64,000 bases of DNA, from the NCBI GenBank assembly GCA_028534125.1, contig CM052832.1, positions 7,504,001-7,568,000 of the forward strand. The letters run 5' to 3'. The DNA comes from Lama glama (lineage: Eukaryota). How positions within the stretch are numbered: the first letter of the stretch is position 1; every line of letters starts with the position of its first letter. Below, piece after piece: positions 13,511 to 26,300 of this stretch. The notes below the pieces were generated by a model, which ran no database searches, was not told the origin of the DNA, and was given only the letters and a program-made list of their open reading frames with translations. The position numbers were made by a program, and so were the translations under genes.

Positions 13511-14125
13511 TTATTATTCACAATGGCCAAGACATGGAAGCAACCTGAATGACCATTGATGGATGAATGCATAAAGAAAATGTGGTACATACAAATAATA
13601 AGATTATTATGCAGTCTTAAAAGTGAAGGAAACCCTGCCATTTGTGACAATATGAATGAACCTGGAGGACATTATGCTAAGTGAAATAATCCTGGCATAG
13701 GACAAATACTACGTGATACCACTTATGTGAAGAATCTAAATCAGTCAATTCATAGAATAGAATGGTGATTGCCAGGGACTGGCAGGGGGAAAAACAGGAT
13801 GGTATTATCAAAGGGTATAAAATTTCAGTTATAAAAATAAATGATTTCTAGAGACCTACTATACAGCATAGTACCTGTAATTAATACTGCATTGTATACT
13901 TAAAATTTTTCTAAGAGGATAGGCCTTATTTTAAGTGTTCTTATCACAAAAAAGTGAAGAGGTCAGGAGGAAATTTTTGGAGATTATGTGAATATTTATA
14001 TACATAAATTGTGGGGATGGTTTCACAGATATGGATATAGACTTTATCTCCAAATTGATCAAGTTGTATGCATTAAATATGTATAGCTTTTTGTATATCA
14101 ATTATACCTCAATAAAGTGGTTTAA
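13511..14125 (+). mobile_element. L1MA-like 3' end nested in older L1
   Basis: ttattcacaatggccaagacatggaagcaacct...gaacctggaggacattatgctaagtgaaataa...attatacctcaataaag. Confidence 0.88.
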
Positions 14126-14682
14126 AATACAGATATAATTTAAAATAAAACCATTTAGAATAGCATTAAAAAGCATACAATAGGAGTAAGTTTAAAATAG
14201 GACAAGTCTGTACAGTTAAAGTTACAAAATTTTTCTGAGAGAAGAAAAAGTAAATGGAGACATATACCACTTTAATTTATTGTCAGTTCTCTCCAAATTG
14301 ATTTGTAGTTTAATGTAACCCAGTCAATATTGTTAGTTCTCTCCAAATTGATTTATAGTTGAATGCACTTCCAATCAAAATCAGTAGGCTTTGTTAAAAA
14401 TAAAAATTGACATTACGCTTCTTAAGCTTACATGGATACAGAAAATAGCCAGAAAGTTTTTTAAAAAGAATAAGGTTGGAGGCTCTGCACTATCCAATTT
14501 CAAGACTCCTTAAAAGAGTAAAATGCTGCAGTAATGCAGACAGTGTATATAGGTGTGGAAGGATAGCCACATACATCACTGGAACAGAGTGGAGAGTCCA
14601 GAAATAGAGCCACAGAGATGACCAATTGATTTTCTGCAGAGATGAAAGATGATGAAAGAATACCCTTTTAAGAAATTGTGCT

Positions 14683-14853
14683 GCAGGGAACTATGTTCAA
14701 TATCTTGTAATAACCTTTAATGAAAAAGAATATGAAAACAAATATATGTATGTATATGCATAACTGGGACATTGTGCTGTATAGCAGAAATTGACACATT
14801 GTAACTAACTGTACTTCAATTTGAAAAATCACGAGATATAGTTAAAAAAAAAA
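14683..14853 (+). mobile_element. Young, 5'-truncated lineage-specific L1 3' tail with 13-bp TSD
   Basis: gggaactatgttcaatatcttgtaataacc...cagaaattgacacattgtaact...poly(A); TSD aagaaattgtgct at 14670-14682 and 14854-14866. Confidence 0.9.
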
Positions 14854-15769
14854 AAGAAATTGTGCTAGATCTGGATCTGCTGAAAACAGAAAAATGAATA
14901 GGCTGCAGACTGGGAGAAAATGTTTGCAGTACCTTGCCTGACAAAGGAATTGTATCCTGAGTATCTATGTAAGTATCACACTTCAATAAGAAGTAAAGCA
15001 AACCAATAAAAAATTGGCCAAAGACTTGGTATTTTACAGAGGAAGGCATACAAAATGCCAGTTAGCACATGAAAACTACTAAACATCATTAGTCTTCAGG
15101 AAAATATAAATTAAAACTATAATGAGATACTATTACGTACACCCTGTGGCAGCTTGCTGTTGAGATTCTTGTGTCTGGTCTCTACGTATTTGCTGCAGCT
15201 TCCTTCTCTGCTGTGTTCCTCCTCCTCACTGTCCTCCTGTCTGTCTTGCAGCTTTTAGTTGCTTAGGCTTCTGTTGCTCCATTGCTTCAGCTCACTGCTC
15301 TCCCTCTTGTGTTTCCTCACTTTGCCTGTTCTACTTCCTGTTGACTTTGTCAGTTTTTCAAGAGAATAAATCTAATCGAGTGATGCTTTATTGTACGGCA
15401 AAGCTAATATGTTTGTCCACCTCATTATCTGCTGGCTTGTCAATAGATACTTGCCTTCAAGATTAAGCATTCATTCCAATTAGGTACAACCTGAGTCGTA
15501 TTCAGATGATCAGGGTAAGGTTCAGTGCCTCTTTGATTCATTGCTTTATGCCCAGTACTTGTCATGGTAGAATGTTCAATAAATGCTTGTTGAATGAGTG
15601 AGCTATCTCTGTGGGTGAAACTGACAGTGGCTGCTTCCCTTGTGAGGGGGCATGACATGTGACATCCAGAATGTGATTCTTCCAAAATGATACTTTCAGG
15701 GAACTATGTGAATTCTTGTTCTTTTTGGAGCTCTGGAATAGCCTAATACGTAAAAGCAATGACTCTGGA

Positions 15770-15990
15770 ACCTGAGTCTTAGTTTTAATTATAACAGGCA
15801 GTTTTACTGTGTTTGAGATCGTGAGCAAATTACTTCATCTCTTAGCGTTTCACTATCCTTACCTGTAATGGAGATAACAGTATGAACCTCATAGTATTGC
15901 TGTAGGGATCAAATAATTTAATGATGTCAAGTGTTTAGGAAGAGTACTTGGCACACAGTATGATGGGAAGTTTCCTAGTTATTATTACCA
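15770..15990 (+). mobile_element. MIR SINE
   Basis: gcaaattacttcatctct...cctgtaatggagataacagta...gtacttggcacacagta. Confidence 0.8.
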
Positions 15991-16762
15991 TTATTATTAC
16001 TATTGATTTGGAGGGGGAAATATTACTAAAACCAGGTACAAAATGAAAGAATCTTCAGAGACCATAATCTCTTTTAACAATGTAATTTTTTTCAGGCAGG
16101 CCTTTTCTCTCTTTTCTCCCCTCACTTCCCCCTCCCCCCTTTTGAAAGAAGGAATTAAATTACAGAGGAGTTAAATTAATGTTATTTAAACATTAGAAAT
16201 CACTTTGGAATCTTACAGAAACACTTTGAAGTCAATAGAGAAAAGATACACAATAAAGCTTTGCTCCATGTCTGTTTTATCCTCATTTCCCTTTGTGGTA
16301 ACTACTGTGTATTTTTTTATTCTAAATTCCAGGTCCCTCCCTTAGAGGACAGGCATGCTCAGTGCCCTTAACCCTCACGTCTCTGATGCTGTCATTCATA
16401 TCTTTTTTGGGGAACCTTTAATTATCAATCCCAGGACATCCTATAAATCTTCATTAGGAAATTCCTTCTGAACTTTTGCTGAAAAGTAGTTACTGTGCAC
16501 TGTATGTGTAGCAGCTGTTTGCCTAAGCTTAAAAAAAAGTTGACCGTTTTAATTTGCTTTAAAAATATCCACTGGCACTGGTTCTCATTACAGATGTGTG
16601 GTTGTAACATTTCATTTTTAAAATGTGTATCCATCTTTTTTCAGTTCTCAAGGAGTCCAAAGAAACCATCTAAAACCTTAAAAATAACCACTAAACCTAC
16701 AGTGTTTTTGGTTTTTAAAAATTCTCAAGGGAGGACATTTTTTATCTTGGACTTAAGCTTCA

Positions 16763-16842
16763 TACAGGGTGGCCCATTTAAAAGAGGCCCTGTACACAGC
16801 CACATTATTAAATAGGAACTGTTTTAAATGGGCCACCCTGTA
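16763..16842. mobile_element. MITE-like element (Tc1/mariner type) with TA target duplication
   Basis: Perfect 21-bp inverted repeat TACAGGGTGGCCCATTTAAAA (16763-16783) / TTTTAAATGGGCCACCCTGTA (16822-16842), including terminal TA dinucleotides. Confidence 0.75.
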
Positions 16843-19162
16843 AATCAGGATTTTTTTTTCCAATGGATATTTACTTCTTTGCACACTTGTGAGTTTGGTT
16901 CAAGTTTTCAGTTACTGTGCTTGATAAGCATCCTTGCAATTTAACTTCGGGCACCTAAGTAACATTGAAATGTGCAAATCTGAGTTCAGAGACATTGAGA
17001 AACTTGTGAGTTCATATTTTGAGAGATCATGTTTGTATCGCTTTGAAAATTTGGCCAACATTCTATGCGAATCTCCTTTTTCAAAACATTTTTTTTAATG
17101 GATGAAATACAAATAAACTGAAAATGGAAACTTTAACATAAACAGTAATACAGCTTTGGACTTTCTTTTACTGGAAATCTTTAAAAACAGAAAGATGGCC
17201 ACTTTTTTGGACTAAGTGAGGGTCAATGGTTCTGCACGTTTTTAATCCAAAGTTTCTAAACATACTCTATTCTTTTCCCTTACCAAAAAATAAATCTGTG
17301 CTGAAATGAGATAGAAATGATATTTTATTTAAGATATCGTGTGTCCGATTCAGGTTTTGGTCAGGCTTGCACCCCAAAATGTGTAGGGCAAAGAGCAAGA
17401 ATGTCAATGAAGGCCCACGTACCACGGGTCATCATAAATGTACCTGAACTCACAAATCAGAACAGGAAGAGAAGGAATAAAATGGATCCTTGGCACTATT
17501 TCAGAACGGTGCTTTGTAACGCAGGGGTCTTTTGCACTCATGCTGTCTGAGAGGAAAACTTGAGAACCTCAGCCTTTCTACCACTTAATCCTCGACTCCC
17601 CAGAGCAGTGTGCGTTTCCCATGTCAGTAGTAACACAACTCACAAACTTCCATGGCATTCTGATGCAGTAGCTTTTTGTTTAGAGAAACATGGAGAAGTT
17701 TTCCCCTAGGGGCAGAATGGTGTTAGTCATGAGAATGGGTGATTGAGGTTATGTGCCAGTGATGAGTATTGACGTAGTTGTGTTTGTGACATTCAGTCTC
17801 AGGGAAGAGCTCTCTCTTACCACATCTTAAGGGAATATTGTTAAGCCCAAGTATAAGTTTTATTGATTGTAGAATCTGAACTTCTACTTTAAATATAAAC
17901 GGAATGTATGTCTCCAAATTTGTATGCCTCTACTAATTTACTACCGCAGGAGTCTTTTTATACATTTCCCCAACTCTAATATTTGTCCAAAGAATTTTTT
18001 CTTATCTTAGTACATTATAGGTCATTATAATCTTGGGACCATGGTTAATGGCTTGGATAGACCCTACCACCTTGTTTTAATTCTACCCATTATAGAAAAT
18101 AGTACAATGGGAAAACAGATTAGAAAGGATTTCAGATAAGGTGTTTGTATAAATTGGAAGGAAAACAAAATAAGGGGTTTTAACAGCTAAATCTGGCCTA
18201 GATCCATCAGCTTTCTCTGTAACATCCCTAGTAAACTGAAATTTTCAGAGATGTTCTGTCAAAACATAGAATAAAGATAGCAAGTGGTATCTTATAATTT
18301 GACTTCTTCTGAATACTCCTAAGATATTCTACATTGTATAAACCAAAGTTAAATGATTGATACACACTCTTAAAGTAAGAAAAAGACAATCTAAGGATTC
18401 CTTGGTAGCCTTGATGTTGCTGACGGACTTTATTTTTACTGAGTGGCCTCCATCCAAGACAAGGCCTTGGATATTATTATTTTTTTCTGAAGAGGTATGG
18501 CTGTGCTCATATTGAAAGCATTAACAGAACATTTAATGAAAATGTTACAGCTTAACTATTGCAAGAAAGAGCTCTTGGGTAAGGTGGGTATGCTTTCATT
18601 TGCTTTAAGAAAAGAAGGTTTCTTTGACTCTTTAATGTGAAGCTCCATCTTGAAAAAGAAAAAGATTGACATGGATCCTAGTGAATTTCCTCGTTGCTTA
18701 TGTGACCTCTATTTGGGAGGAAGGTGGTCTTAATGGTCCTTTCTTGAATTACTCAGGAGCACACGATGCTTAATGAGCAGAGATACACCATTTAGACGAT
18801 GAGGACACCCGGGCCCCTAAATGCAGCAACTTCATGAATTACTCAGCTGCTTCATTCAGGAAACTTTCACCTGACACCAAGAGGCAAAAAGATGAATAAG
18901 CAGGACTGTGTGTGCTTGTTAGCTGTCCACCTTAGCCAAAGAATAGGTGGGTTGAGGTATTTAGGAGAAAACAAAACAAAACAAAAAACAAGAAATGACT
19001 TACTTGGTAGCGATACCATGTGAAAAAAGTCCATTTAATTTTAACATGACAATTTAAATGCACGGTTTATTTTGGACTTAGCATTTTATTTGTTCATTAA
19101 ATGATGACATGTTATTTGAATTCAGTAGTGATAGTGAAAAACATCCTTAATGTTTATGTTTG

Positions 19163-19600
19163 TGTATTAGTTTCCTAGAGCATCTATAACAAAGTATCAA
19201 AAACCGGGTAGCTTAAAACCACAAAATCTCATTGTTCCACAGTTCTGGAGGCTGAACGTCGAAAATCGAGGTGTCAGCAGGGCCGTGCTCCCCCTCTGAA
19301 GGCTCTAGGGGAGAACCTACCATGTCCTTTCCAGCTCATGGTGTTCTCAGGACATTCCTTGGGATTTAGGTGCATGACTCCTCTCACCCTGCTGTCTTCT
19401 CCCTGTGTGTCTTCACCTTGTCTTCCCTCTCTGTCTGTCTCTGTCCGAACTCCTCCCTTTTATAAGGATATTGAATTAGGGCCCATCCTGGTGAACGTGT
19501 TTGAACTTCATTACCTCTGTAAAGACCTTATTTCCAAACGAGGTCATATTCTGAGGTACTAGGGGTGAGGACTTTCACATACCTTTTCTGATAACCCATG
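19163..19600 (-). mobile_element. MaLR solo LTR (MLT1-type)
   Basis: tgtattagtttcct...cacagttctggaggct...aggtgtcagcagggcc...ctgaggtactaggggtgaggact. Confidence 0.9.
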
Positions 19601-19974
19601 TTTTGTTATTATTCTAAGTGTGCCTGTACAATATTTCAGAAATTGGTAAGCTGTACAGAACAGCTTAAAACAAACAGTCTGATGCGTAATTGCTTGTTGT
19701 TTGCTACATGTTTTGACAAAATAGTGGATTTTTTCCCAGAGAGTGGAAGAACTTTCTTGCATATACCAACTAGATAGTAGCAGGAAGGAGTGAGTTCTCA
19801 GCCTTAGGTCAGCTTAAGCCCTGGCTCAAGTTTCTTTTCACAAAGAAGTATTTCTTGATTATTCGATCATATTCCAGTCTTCACTCTGAACACCGGTAGC
19901 AATTATGGTCAGTACCTACTAGAAAAAAATCACTCTAAATTCATGTATTATTTGGTACGGTGCTTGATGATACC

Positions 19975-20296
19975 AAGAGTTAGCAGGGGGCCAAATCCTG
20001 ACGGCTGTACATCATGTGTAACTAAGGATGTTTTTTACAGTTATAAGTGGTTGGAAAAAATAGAAAAAGAATAGGAATATTTTGTGACATGTAACAGTTA
20101 CTTGAAATTCAAATGTTAATGACCATTGAAGATGCTTTACTGGAGTGTAGCCGTGCTCATTCATTCATTCCTGGATTGTCATTGGCTGCTTTGCTGCTCT
20201 GATGGCAGTTGTGTAATTGCAACAGGGACCTCACAGCCCCTAGAGGTGAAAAGATTTGTGGTCCGGCCTTTTATAGAAAAAGTTTGCTGGCCCTGG
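19975..20296. mobile_element. hAT-Charlie non-autonomous DNA transposon (MER58-like)
   Basis: gggccaaatcc...gaaattcaaat...agccgtgctcattcatt...ggccttttatagaaaaagtttgctggccctg. Confidence 0.8.
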
Positions 20297-21983
20297 ATTT
20301 TATTCCTGGCCTGTTAGGCTATCTCACATTAAAAAGTAGATAATTGATTTAATTTTATTATTTATTACTATTCTTAGCACAAGGACTTGGTGTTACTCAT
20401 GTTTGAGTTTCTCAGCCTTCAGTAGAGGACTTTCACCTTGGTTCAGGGTCAGTGATTATTGTTAAACAAATTCACATGTAGATTAAGTTGCACATGCGTC
20501 TGTGTGTGTTGGGCAACTAAGTGGTGTATCTAGAATATTTAGCTGATGTAAAGAAATTTACCCCAGGTCTTCCAACATATTAATAATGAAGCTGAAAATA
20601 GAGCACAGAGACTCTTAAACTTCCACCTTTCGTCTTCACTATACAGTCCAAAATGACAGAATTTAGTGATTTGCCGATGATGGTTATTCTCGTTAAGTGG
20701 GTCTAAGAGTTTAGTGTTCAATGAGGTTAAACTTAGAAAATACATACAAAGTGCTCCTCCTTGTTTAATTTGAAAATACCTCCTTCTGATGTGATTCTTC
20801 TCCAACATTACTCCCATTTTGTTTCTTTTCACAAAAATTAGAAACAAAACTATTTTATGGGGAATCAGAGCAACCCTCTCTTCCATCTTTGCTATTTTAA
20901 TCATCTTTGTGGTGGTTTCGCCTTAAGGCTTTGTTACTAAGACATTAAGGTAAAGTTATTTACCAGAAATAAACTTAGTGCTGGTGGGTTTAGTACCCTT
21001 TCAAAATCCACTGTTTTGTTTTCTTAGCAAATAGATTAAAAAGAGACATTTTAAATATCAGTATTTTATACAGTTAAAACATAAATATTTTATAAATATA
21101 AATATTCTTATTCCAAATTTAAATTCCAAATTGTTCTTAAGTTTTTTTTAGAGAGAAAATGTGCAAGAGCTTTAACAATAAAGTATGTGTGAGTTTTAAG
21201 AAAATTGAGGTAGTTACACTAAATGGAACCATGGTTTTTCTGCTTTGTTATTCCTATAACATGTACTAAAAGTGCTACAGACAACCTTGTTAGTTTTCTG
21301 TTCCTCACCCACCCTCCTCTCACCCCAGGCCCTGGTCTGGAATAGACTGTCGTAGGCTATTGCATTTTAACAGCATAATAAAGATGTGAAATGTAGTGGA
21401 TACACCTATATGAAAATATAGTGAGGGTAAATGGATTGATTTGGCATTTTCTTTTTTAAAGTTAAAGTTCACGTGTATAGAAGATAGTATTTCCTCCCTC
21501 TAACACTCTTTGTTTTCTTCTTTCATTTTTTGAAAAATGCAGTCTTGCTTTCACTGATTTTTTTTCACATAGGGTTTTAAGAAGACATAGTAAAAACAAA
21601 CTCTCTGAATTTAATGAAGAATTGAATAGGACAATATGAACAGTTTTGTTTGAAATGTTAAGTATTATTTTGAGTTGTTCAGCTGTGAAAGATATATTTT
21701 GAAATCACTTAATCATAATTTCTTAGCTTTTTGACTTTTCTGAATGAGGAGGGGAGCTCCTTGAAGCTGAGAGAACCTGTTACTTCACACTCCAGTTCAT
21801 CACCAGCGCTGACATGGACAGATTGTTACACTGGTTTGAATCTTGGAAGCTCCTGGGCTCCAGGGCAGAGAGCATTACACTTTCCCTTTGCCCTCTCTGA
21901 GTTGCCTAAGGATTCTGTCTGTAAAGGCTAAGCAGAGATTTGCCAAGCAGGTTGAGATACGAAATTTGTTCCTGACAAAAGAA

Positions 21984-22483
21984 NNNNNNNNNNNNNNNNN
22001 NNNNNNNNNNNNNNNNNNNNNNNNNNNNNNNNNNNNNNNNNNNNNNNNNNNNNNNNNNNNNNNNNNNNNNNNNNNNNNNNNNNNNNNNNNNNNNNNNNNN
22101 NNNNNNNNNNNNNNNNNNNNNNNNNNNNNNNNNNNNNNNNNNNNNNNNNNNNNNNNNNNNNNNNNNNNNNNNNNNNNNNNNNNNNNNNNNNNNNNNNNNN
22201 NNNNNNNNNNNNNNNNNNNNNNNNNNNNNNNNNNNNNNNNNNNNNNNNNNNNNNNNNNNNNNNNNNNNNNNNNNNNNNNNNNNNNNNNNNNNNNNNNNNN
22301 NNNNNNNNNNNNNNNNNNNNNNNNNNNNNNNNNNNNNNNNNNNNNNNNNNNNNNNNNNNNNNNNNNNNNNNNNNNNNNNNNNNNNNNNNNNNNNNNNNNN
22401 NNNNNNNNNNNNNNNNNNNNNNNNNNNNNNNNNNNNNNNNNNNNNNNNNNNNNNNNNNNNNNNNNNNNNNNNNNNNNNNNNNN
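21984..22483. other. Assembly gap (500 N)
   Basis: Run of exactly 500 N. Confidence 1.
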
Positions 22484-22764
22484 CTGTGTCTATATCCAAT
22501 GTTATAGAAAGTTAATTTCTGACTGTTAAATTCCCGCAATAAGAAGATAGTTAAATCCTTGTGTTATTTAATGTTTTGAGGGCCTAAGGGACTAAAAATA
22601 ACTTTCTTGAAGTTATTACATATCTCTCTAAAAGCCTTAAAAATTATTTAGTTATACAAAGTAATTGAACCGGGTTTCCTTTATGTTATTTCGTTAATCT
22701 TAATCTTTGATAAATGAGCATTTAAGGTTAATTTGTCTTATTTGTTACAGTTTTCGCACATTTA

Positions 22765-22920
22765 ACATGGTATTGCAGAAAAAGAGTTCTGGACGAAATA
22801 ACCTCTAACTGGATTTGTGACCCTGAGATGGTTATTTAACCTCTCTGACCTTTATTTTCCTTCTTAAAACAAGATGAATGAGCTAAATCTTTTCAGCCCT
22901 TTCCTGACCCAACATGCAGT
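22765..22920 (+). mobile_element. MIR fragment
   Basis: tgtgaccctgag...ttatttaacctctctgacc...tttccttct. Confidence 0.55.
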
Positions 22921-23199
22921 GATTGGTATACTTCTCATTTATTATCTTTGCTTTTCCCCAAATAAGAGGTGCTTATAATCATTTGCTTCATGCTTCTATT
23001 CATTAGAGGTTGAATATGGGGCTACTTGCTGCTTAGGAATACAGGATATGTGAGAAAAATTGCTCTATGAATTGTTAGAAAAAATTTGTGTAAATATTAC
23101 GCTATTTTTGTAAACTTTCTCAAATAAATAATCCCATGCCTTGTGATAAATCTAGATCGCCTTTCCTAGGTATTTGGTTTTTACTAAGTTCTCTAATTT

Positions 23200-23525
23200 T
23201 TTCTCTTTGCTGTTTCCGAAAAGTTTCTTCCACATATCAAAAAGTAGTAATTATCTGTTTTAATATTCACACTGCTTCCCTTCCCCTAGTCCACACTTCC
23301 CGTTTCCTTATTCTTTTCTATGTTCTTTTGTCCTGTGTCATCTTTTTATCACACAATGCATTTGTTTAGTAATTTATTATGCATATTGTTTGTTGTATCT
23401 TTTCCTCATTGGAATGCAAGCTCTACTCAGTTTTTAAAATCTACTTTGTTCATTGGTGTATCCTAAGTCACTGGAACAGTGCCTGACACATACGAGACAC
23501 TTAGGAAAGTATTTCTTGATTGAGT
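23200..23525 (+). mobile_element. L2 3' end
   Basis: ggaatgcaagctc...ttgttcattggtgtatcc...gaacagtgcctgacacata. Confidence 0.7.
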
Positions 23526-25329
23526 ATAGTACCTATAGTAATTAGTACTTACAAGTGATTTAAGTGTTTACTTTTTCAAAGTTCTACTCTGTTTTAAATT
23601 TTATTTTACTTTAATATATTTTTAATAAATCTTTTTCCCCCATCAGTTGTATAAATTTTGTATTGTAAGTGAAGATTTCATAATCTTGCTTTTCTTATAT
23701 CTTAAGATACTTATCTCATGGAGGGTTATAAAATTCTTACACTATTCCTCAAAGTTCATTTAAATTATATATGCATATATACTAAAGTAGAGGACTGGGT
23801 AGGGGATGGATGTTGAAAAATCAAGCAAGCAATGAGAAAAATGATCACAGCTAGAAAAACCGTTGTCTTAGGTCTTTATTTAATATTTTCATTTACTTGC
23901 CACTTTGGCTTTCTCAGAGTTGTTGCTAATTGAGTTCACTTCTTCCTTTGGAAAACAGGTAGATAAAATCATAGAGTCATGAAGGTTAGTGGTATTAAAA
24001 ATTGAAGAGTAGGGATAATTTGCATGTGTTTATGGCTGTCTGATTGCCTTAAATGACTGCTCATGGTCAAACTTCTGCATTTTTTTTCCCCTTTTGGACA
24101 GAGGATAAATCAGTCTCAACAAATATTGGGTAAGAATGACATAGACAGGGTGATGTCTGTGTTTGCGTGTGCTGTCTAGTGCCAGTGTAGCCGGCTAGAG
24201 TGTATGCTGGGGCTCTCGCCTGCTATTCACTCTAATTCCAGTTAGGAGAAATTCCTGGGTATTATAGTAATACCTAGCCTATAAAAGTATAATCAAATAA
24301 GTGGTTTGAAGAGAAAAAGGAAACTTTCTTTTGGGGACAGAAAGTCTCCCAGGGCCTTCGTACACCAAGCAGCAGTCACACAGTGTCCATTCCAAGGTAA
24401 TGTCAACTACCTGAGTTAGAAAACGTTCAAAAAGCCAGAAGTAATAAAAAAAAAAAAAAAGTAACTAGCTCCCAAGACCACAGCAATTACTTAACCACAG
24501 TATCCAGAATAATTTAACCACATTAGAGTTTGTAGCCAGTGGTAAGCACTGAAAGCAACTCAGCATCCAAGAAGATGCACACATGGCAATAAAGAAACGT
24601 GTCTTTGTCCTTATGTTGGATTCCTGGATCTTTATGTGCAGATCTGCCTGTGGGCCTTGTGTTCTTTAGGACGGTTCCAGCAGACTCTGGGTCACAGATT
24701 TTTACCAAACTTACCCTCTTGGCTTCCTTTTCAGACTCCACCTGGCCCCCTACCCCTAGCTTTACTGAAGTCTCATTGACAAATGTAATTGTAACTTTAA
24801 ATATTTAAAGTGTTCAGGGTGATCACTTGATATACATTGTGAAAGAATCTCTTTAATTGAGGAATCCCTTTAATTAAAGCTTATTCAGTCCTTCCACTCT
24901 GTTCTTAATCAGGCTTGAAAATTTGAAAACAAGTGTTTTAGACTTAAAAGTTAACCTGTTAAATATGCTAAAAAAGAATAATATAAAATCCTGTGATACT
25001 ATCCTCAAGTACAAGCACTTTTTTTTTAACGCCTTTTAAGGGGCGGTGGAATGTTTCTTGGAAACTATTTCCACATATAGGCCTGGGAATAAATTGTAGC
25101 TTTATTGCCTTTCATCCGATTTTTTAAATTTATTTCACTTTGTGAATTTTTCTTTTTTTCTTCTTAATTTCATGATTATTGCCCAATTTACTTAATTTAG
25201 TAAGATTTACTTTTCTTACAAGAGTTTTAAAAGTGATTTTCTTAAAATATAATTTTCTTACAATGCTTGAAGACAGAAGTTTTTAGGATTTAAGGGTTGT
25301 GGCTGCTTTCATAGGCTGAAACAAATATC

Positions 25330-25490
25330 TGAAAAGGCATCTTTAAAATCATTGAATCCAGTCCCCTCCTTTCATTGTCGAGGAACTGAGGTACCCAGAA
25401 ATGTTACTTGCCCGAGTTTGCAGTAAAACTTAGCCTCAGAGTAGGAACCAGAACCAGGTCATCTAACTTTCAGTCTAATTTCTTTTCATC
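25330..25490 (-). mobile_element. MIR fragment
   Basis: gaggaactgaggtacccagaa...ttacttgcccgag...agaaccaggtcatctaact. Confidence 0.7.
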
Positions 25491-26300
25491 ATAACTGATT
25501 GCCTCTTCTTTGTAGCTGATGGCCAGGATGTAGTGGGACTTTTAGCTGCATTATTGTAATCTTCTGATTTGGATACTGTCCATATGAATTATATCCATTT
25601 CTTCTCGGCTCACATCTCTGGCCCTGCACGCAGCTGGGTGCTGTTTCTTCTCTGAGTGAAGGCAGTGACTACAGTGCGATTCAGCTGGGTAGCTACTCAC
25701 CCACTGACTGCCATGAATGTAGTCCTCAACTTCACATCATGTAAAAGCATCTCCAAATGAAGGGATACATTTCCCAAGTGCTATTTGTTTCTCTATGTTG
25801 GGACCCTAGAATTAAAATAATAAGGGTAATTGTTTGAAATTAGCTGGTGTACAAGTTTTATTTATTATTCATTCATTCCCTTAAAAAAAGAAACTTTTTT
25901 GGCTTGTCTTTCTTTCTTGGGGTCTTTTTTTTTTTAATCATGTCATGACCTTTTAGTATTAATTAAGCTGATTTATTTGGTAGAAAATAATTTGGAAAAT
26001 CCTATAGTCCCAGGCAAACTGGCAGTGTTGATAATGCTAATAACTTATATTATTATAAATAGTTTTTTCAGACCAAAAGTTTTTTCATTTCAATAAGTAA
26101 AATAGTACTTATTTTTAAAATGCTGTTGATATATTTTTACCTCCTTTGAAATTTATCTTTTGTGTTTCTTTTATACTGTGCTTTTGTACTAATACAAATA
26201 TGTTTGTATGACTTAAAAGAGATGAATATACATATTGTGTGTACTTGCTGAAAAAGTTTATTTTTCTTACAATTACAGCCATTAAAAGAATTTGGGGTTG

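Larger units (their letters stand above)
12610..15143 (+). mobile_element. Old L1 ORF2 remnant hosting nested younger L1 3' ends
   Basis: gaaatggacaaatt...; ttaatagatacagaaaaag...tgatgaaattca; ggaacagagtggagagtccagaaatagagccac. Confidence 0.85.

Noticed and set aside
8720..15143. Oppositely oriented L1s meeting at ~12600 as a twin-priming inversion
   Set aside because: The two arms cover overlapping ORF2 coordinates and differ in decay level, so they look like independent insertions.
21843..22539. Long ORFs (197-228 aa) spanning the first gap
   Set aside because: Artefacts of translating N runs.
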